A stretch of 64,000 bases of DNA, taken from assembly GCA_963735035.1 (NCBI GenBank), contig CAVTJJ010000006.1, positions 320,001 to 384,000 of the forward strand, in the 5' to 3' direction. Shown piece by piece: positions 59,544 to 64,000 of this stretch. The position numbers and the translations under genes were made by a program. The notes beneath the pieces are model-generated. The model saw only the letters and a list, made by a program, of their open reading frames with translations, searched no databases and was not told where the DNA came from. The DNA is from an uncultured candidate division Zixibacteria bacterium. GTDB taxonomy: Bacteria > Zixibacteria > MSB-5A5 > GN15 > FEB-12. The first letter of the stretch is position 1, and the number at the start of each line of letters is the position of its first letter.

Positions 59544-62463
59544 GATAATTACTACCGTCGCGACCCCGCTTCTGGTGGTCCTGATAGCGGGCTTCTTGAT
59601 CGTGCGCTTCGGCTACTTCTCCGGACGGGATATCGGTGGACGAGCGCCATTTGTGACCGGCTCCGTGATTCTACTGATTGTATCGCTCTGGAAAGTCGTT
59701 CAACTGGCCTCCGACTATTCTGATTGGTTTGTCGTGGGGGCCTATCCGCTGATAGACTTTGCGCTGTATCTCTTGATCGCTCTAGGCGTGGTGTTGGTGG
59801 TGGTCGGCCTGGCGTTGTATGCTGATTACTGGCAGGAACGACGGGTCGAAGTGGAGGAGCGTCTCGGTCGCCTCTCGATCCTTGACAATCTTCAGCACGA
59901 CAGTCGCCAGCCGTATCATGTCCTCGAAATGCTCAACATCTCGCTCCGCGAGATTCTCGTGCAATATCCGATGGCGGCCGGTGCGGTGTTCCTGGTCAAC
60001 CGAACCCGGCGACAGTTTGTGCTCACTTCTTCATCGGGGCTACACAAAGAAGAAGTCGCCTATCTGGAATATTACCCGCTGGAACGGAACGCTGTCAGCC
60101 AGGCGGTGGAGCTGGGCGATGCCATGTTGCTGGCGCAATTCGATTTCATCGACCGATCGGGGGCCCGAGTGCCCTCACGTTTCAACAGCATCCTCATTAT
60201 GCCGTTGATCTCGGGCATGGAGAAGATCGGTGGCTTGCTCTTGTTCTCAGAGGAGCACCAGTTCTTCGGCACTCAGGATATTAGGTATCTCTCTCCGGTC
60301 TCGCAATGGCTGGCCGAGAGACTCAAATCGGCCCGGCTGTCTCGGCTGCTGACGCAGGCCGAAAGCCAACGCGAAAGCGACAAAGCCCGCCATTCCGAAC
60401 TGACTGTCAGGCTCGGCACCACCGCCCGCGCGGCCGGATCAAATGACCCGATCACCGGTTTCTGCCTGGCGCTCGTGGGTTTGGCCGATTCCGAATCAGT
60501 GCATCTGTGTGGCTTGCGTCAGGGACTGCTGGTCATGCACGGCGGCAGTGAACCGATGTTTGATCTCTCGGAGAATCTTCGGACCGCGCTGGTCGACGGC
60601 ATCGATCGCGCCAAGCCGCTGATCATCAACCAGGAATCCGATGACTCCGCTTCGTCAACTCGCGTAGTGCAATCAAGCCTCCTTTATCCTATCCCATCGA
60701 CCAGTGCTGACGCGCTGTTGTTCGTAAAGTCCGGTCGACCGTTTGCGGTCGATGACACCAATCTCAAACTGCTGGAAAGTTTCGCGCAACTGGCCGGATT
60801 GGTTGTTCGCATGGACGATGACAACCGTCTTCGGCTCACCCGGCGCAAAGGGTTTGAAATCATTCTGGAAATGCTCCAGTCTGAAGCCGTAGGTCCCGAT
60901 GTGGTTCGGGGCGCGGAGTACTTCCTCGATGCGATTTGTCGGGTCTTCCCGAGAAAAGCGGTCTGTCTGTCGTTTGTCCCGAGCGACGGTTCTGGGTTCA
61001 AAGCTGTTTGCCCATCCGGACGTCCTGAAAAAGACATTACAGCTGACTGGGAGATTGAATCTGCCGAAGGGGCCATCGGGACCGTGGTCGAATCCGGTCG
61101 CACCGTTATCGTGTTCGGCAAAGCGGCCGTCTCTCGACATCTGGAAAATTACGGCGACCTGAGCCGTACCGGTTTCCAGCGCTTGTTCGGAGAACGTGGG
61201 CTGCCCGAATTCATGGCCTATTGTCCGATCACGGACGGTCGGCAGTTGGCAATAGCGCTTGTAGTTTCGTTCACCATGGAAGACCACGAGCGCGGGGAAT
61301 GGGAACGTTTGCTCACTCTTGCCGCCGGAATGTGCTCGCTTCGGCTGACCATGATTCGACTTCAGCATCCCGAAGTCATCGCCGCGAAAACGCACGAGCC
61401 TTTCAACATTCCCGGCGAGCTTCTAAATGAATTCAACAATCTATTGTCCGGTGTCGTAGGAACGGCGGAGTTGGCGGCCAGAGATAGTCATTTATCCGAA
61501 GATGCTCGCGCCAGGCTTCGGTCGATTGCCGAGCAGGCGGAACAAGCGGCCGGGGTAGCGCGACGTGCACTTTCGTCGTCTTCGACTCCACCCGAAAGTA
61601 CACTCGCACCGGATCTGATCAATCAGGATATTCGTAGAGAGCTGGACCGGGTCCGGGTCGCAGGTAATCTTTACATGGCTGGGAGACGCCCCCGCGAGAT
61701 CGATCTCAGGCTCGAGGCTGTTCCGAAGATTGCGTTGCCGCCGCTCCGTTTCGGCGAGCTGTTCCGGACTCTTCTGGATCGGTTTGCGGCTCTGGCCGAA
61801 GACGATGACCTGTTCACGGTGGCAACCTATGTTCGAGACAATTTCGTATATCTCGATCTGTCCCGGCACCGCCGCAATTTTCCGCCGGTGGCTCCTATTG
61901 CCGGTTTCGGTAGATATATTTCGTCCGATGAGGCCTTCAGGAGCCGTCCTGCGGATGTCTATCTGAGCCATGTGCTCGATGCCGGTACCGGGTACGCAGT
62001 CGACAGTGAGTCGGCCTCACCGGCCTATCTGTCTTTCCGGTTTCCTATGAAAGAGGCCAATAGCGTCCCGAACCGCTCGGGTTCGGCCTCCCGGCCGAGA
62101 CTGTTAGCCATTGATGATCAAGCAGTTATACTCGATCTCATTTCTGCCATGGGTCAGTCTCTTGGTTACGACGTCAGGACCGCTTCTACCGGTGAAGAGG
62201 GACTCCGTCTGGCTGAACAGGATTCCTTCGAGGCCGTTCTGACTGATCTGGCTCTTCCGGGCATCTCCGGGCTCGAAGTTGCCCGCAGAATTACACTCCA
62301 GTACCCAGGGACGCCGGTGATACTGGTTACTGGCTGGAGCACACCGCTCAAGGCCGAAGAACTGGCCAGTTCCGGCGTGGCCGAAGTTGTCTACAAGCCG
62401 TTTCGAATTGAACAGCTCACCGCAGTCGTTCGAACCGTTGTCGCCGGCCGGGTTCGCTCCTGA
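59536..62463 (+). CDS. Membrane-anchored multi-GAF protein with degenerate kinase core and C-terminal receiver domain
   Basis: Three N-terminal TMs; GAF-like segments; NEFNNLLSGVVG; receiver motifs IDD, TDLALPG, VTG and KPF. Confidence 0.85.
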   Translation: MVEIITTVATPLLVVLIAGFLIVRFGYFSGRDIGGRAPFVTGSVILLIVSLWKVVQLASDYSDWFVVGAYPLIDFALYLLIALGVVLVVVGLALYADYWQERRVEVEERLGRLSILDNLQHDSRQPYHVLEMLNISLREILVQYPMAAGAVFLVNRTRRQFVLTSSSGLHKEEVAYLEYYPLERNAVSQAVELGDAMLLAQFDFIDRSGARVPSRFNSILIMPLISGMEKIGGLLLFSEEHQFFGTQDIRYLSPVSQWLAERLKSARLSRLLTQAESQRESDKARHSELTVRLGTTARAAGSNDPITGFCLALVGLADSESVHLCGLRQGLLVMHGGSEPMFDLSENLRTALVDGIDRAKPLIINQESDDSASSTRVVQSSLLYPIPSTSADALLFVKSGRPFAVDDTNLKLLESFAQLAGLVVRMDDDNRLRLTRRKGFEIILEMLQSEAVGPDVVRGAEYFLDAICRVFPRKAVCLSFVPSDGSGFKAVCPSGRPEKDITADWEIESAEGAIGTVVESGRTVIVFGKAAVSRHLENYGDLSRTGFQRLFGERGLPEFMAYCPITDGRQLAIALVVSFTMEDHERGEWERLLTLAAGMCSLRLTMIRLQHPEVIAAKTHEPFNIPGELLNEFNNLLSGVVGTAELAARDSHLSEDARARLRSIAEQAEQAAGVARRALSSSSTPPESTLAPDLINQDIRRELDRVRVAGNLYMAGRRPREIDLRLEAVPKIALPPLRFGELFRTLLDRFAALAEDDDLFTVATYVRDNFVYLDLSRHRRNFPPVAPIAGFGRYISSDEAFRSRPADVYLSHVLDAGTGYAVDSESASPAYLSFRFPMKEANSVPNRSGSASRPRLLAIDDQAVILDLISAMGQSLGYDVRTASTGEEGLRLAEQDSFEAVLTDLALPGISGLEVARRITLQYPGTPVILVTGWSTPLKAEELASSGVAEVVYKPFRIEQLTAVVRTVVAGRVRS

Positions 62464-62479
62464 CCCGGCGATTTGATTG

Positions 62480-62506
62480 TCAAACACCGCCATTTCCTGC
62501 CGATAA
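62480..62506 (+). promoter_or_regulatory. Putative sigma28 (FliA-type) promoter
   Basis: TCAA-N15-GCCGATAA upstream of the HDOD gene. Confidence 0.5.
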
Positions 62507-62537
62507 TAAGGGGGAGAACAAATAGGAGTGTCGGTAA

Positions 62538-63866
62538 ATGGACAAAATGATGATTCTTTCCCAGGTACGGGAAGGACGCGACCTATTATCCTTGCCCCAG
62601 GCCCTGGCCCAGATCCTCAGAGAAGTTGACAACCCGGATTTCGGTTCGGATCAATTGGCCCGGATCATCCTGAAGGATCCGCCGCTCACGGCCAAGATTC
62701 TCAAGCTGGCCAATTCGTCGATGTATCGACGTTATTCCCAGGTATCCAATGTACATCAGGCGGTTCAGACGCTGGGGGCAGTGACTGTAAAGTGCCTGGC
62801 GCTGTCGAGTTCGGTATTTCATCCCGAGCAGATCAAGGCGAATTCCGGAATAGATCCTCAGCGCTATTTCGAGAATGTTTTGACTGTAGCTGCGGCCTGC
62901 GAGAAAATCGCCGGAGCCCTGCGCTACCATTCGGCGGAAGAAGCGTTCATTGCCGGACTACTTCACGATATGGGCACTCTGTTCTTCCTGCACAACTACC
63001 CGAAAGACTATCGTAAGGTTGTGGAGAGCCACGCCAAGGGGATCGGCGGCATCATCAGTGCTGAGCGTCGGGTTTTCGGTACCGACCATTGCGAAGTAGG
63101 TGCGTCGCTGGCGAGTCGCTGGCGGCTGCCGGAATACATTGTTGATGCCATCCGCGACCATCACAATCTAAGCCCGGGTGATGTTACGAATCCGATTCCG
63201 CGCGTGGTTCGGCTGGCCACTCTGATGGTTGACCAGAGCCTGACCGGACACTATCTCGATCTCGAAACCAGGCTGCCGGCGATCAGCGCGACCGCCGCGA
63301 TGCTGGAGATTCCCAAGGAGCAGGTAGACGGTATATCCGTGTCGCTGCTCTCCGCCACAGTGGCGACGGCCGAATATCTGGAAGTTGACATTGGCAGCGT
63401 GGAAAATATTCTGACCCGGGCCAACCAGGAAATCTGGCGTACCTATTTCATGGTGGAAAATCTATTCCGCGAGCGCCAGGAGTTGACCCAGAAACTTCTG
63501 CAGCAGGAGCGGGCTCGAGGGGCGTCCGAAACCAAGGCTATCGCCATGGCGACGCTTTCGCACTATCTCAATAATGCTGCTATGGCTATTTACGGTCGCT
63601 CCCAGATGGTCCGCATACAACTACGCAAAGGCGAGAATGACCAGTTGCTGGACAAGCTGCCGGCGGCACTCAACGTGATCGATACGGGGGTTAAGAAGAT
63701 CGTCGCGGTGCTTTCGGAAATGAAAGAAATCACCCCAATCGACGAGACCGAGTTCCTCTCGACTTCCAAGGCCATGAACATCGACGATCGCATCCGGCGT
63801 CGCATGGAAGAACTCGATCGGGATTCGGGTGTGGTTATACCCGAAGAAGCCGAAGTCAAAGTCTGA
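62538..63866 (+). CDS. HDOD domain protein with C-terminal HisKA-like helix pair
   Basis: DPPLTAKILKLANS, AGLLHDMG, DHCEVG..W.LP and HH; C-terminal ATLSHYLNN. Confidence 0.9.
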   Translation: MDKMMILSQVREGRDLLSLPQALAQILREVDNPDFGSDQLARIILKDPPLTAKILKLANSSMYRRYSQVSNVHQAVQTLGAVTVKCLALSSSVFHPEQIKANSGIDPQRYFENVLTVAAACEKIAGALRYHSAEEAFIAGLLHDMGTLFFLHNYPKDYRKVVESHAKGIGGIISAERRVFGTDHCEVGASLASRWRLPEYIVDAIRDHHNLSPGDVTNPIPRVVRLATLMVDQSLTGHYLDLETRLPAISATAAMLEIPKEQVDGISVSLLSATVATAEYLEVDIGSVENILTRANQEIWRTYFMVENLFRERQELTQKLLQQERARGASETKAIAMATLSHYLNNAAMAIYGRSQMVRIQLRKGENDQLLDKLPAALNVIDTGVKKIVAVLSEMKEITPIDETEFLSTSKAMNIDDRIRRRMEELDRDSGVVIPEEAEVKV

Positions 63867-63873
63867 ACTTCTC

Positions 63874-63905
63874 AAGCGGCCGGTTGACCCGGCCGCTTTC
63901 ATTTT
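63874..63905 (+). terminator. Stem-loop, probable terminator
   Basis: aagcggccgg-ttgac-ccggccgctt followed by tcatttt. Confidence 0.65.
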
Positions 63906-63917
63906 GTAGACTATAGT

Positions 63918-64000
63918 ATGTTGACCTGTCTTACGAGCGGTGAATCGCACGGTCCCTGCCTTACGGCTATTGTAGACGGTCTCCCGGCGGGGCTATCAAT
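63918..64000 (+). CDS. aroC: Chorismate synthase, N-terminus (3'-truncated; not in the ORF track)
   Basis: Translates to MLTCLTSGESHGPCLTAIVDGLPAGLS, the T-x-GESHG signature. Confidence 0.9.
   Translation, partial: MLTCLTSGESHGPCLTAIVDGLPAGLS

Overview
A 64-kb chromosomal window from a GC-rich diderm bacterium. It is most likely candidate division Zixibacteria or an FCB relative, inferred from C-terminal dockerin-like domains on secreted proteins and an ExbB-ExbD-ExbD-TonB operon with a YGAxxLK TonB N-terminus. Content is mostly housekeeping: carbamate kinase, CCA-adding enzyme, a TCA/2-oxoacid cluster (sucCD, four-subunit 2-oxoacid:ferredoxin oxidoreductase, ndk, LarA-family racemase, mdh, icd), ccmABE, lepB, rseP, dxr, hbd-ackA, a cobalamin riboswitch with btuB, an S9 peptidase, a flippase, TPR-ExbBDD-TonB genes, csp, lon, secreted dockerin proteins, miaB, a GAF/REC and HDOD pair, and the start of aroC. 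Intergenic regions hold many nested palindromic REP-like repeats. The most unusual items are five. (1) A lipoprotein built from 29 tandem D-(T/S)-X units matching the Bacteroidetes-type O-glycosylation sequon, with apparent enrichment of that motif in other exported proteins. (2) A Hel308/Ski2-like helicase with an extra winged-helix tail and a small Zn-ribbon partner, behind a consensus sigma70 promoter whose spacer is a perfect CTG-N10-CAG palindrome. (3) A Lon with intact protease motifs but degenerate ATPase motifs. (4) A His-less pseudo-kinase/receiver next to an HDOD protein carrying an orphan H-box. (5) A standalone SIR2-like gene. Three single-base frameshifts at 51.2-53.1 kb are probably assembly errors. 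I found no tRNA, rRNA, CRISPR array or transposase. All calls come from motif reading by eye; no database searches were run.
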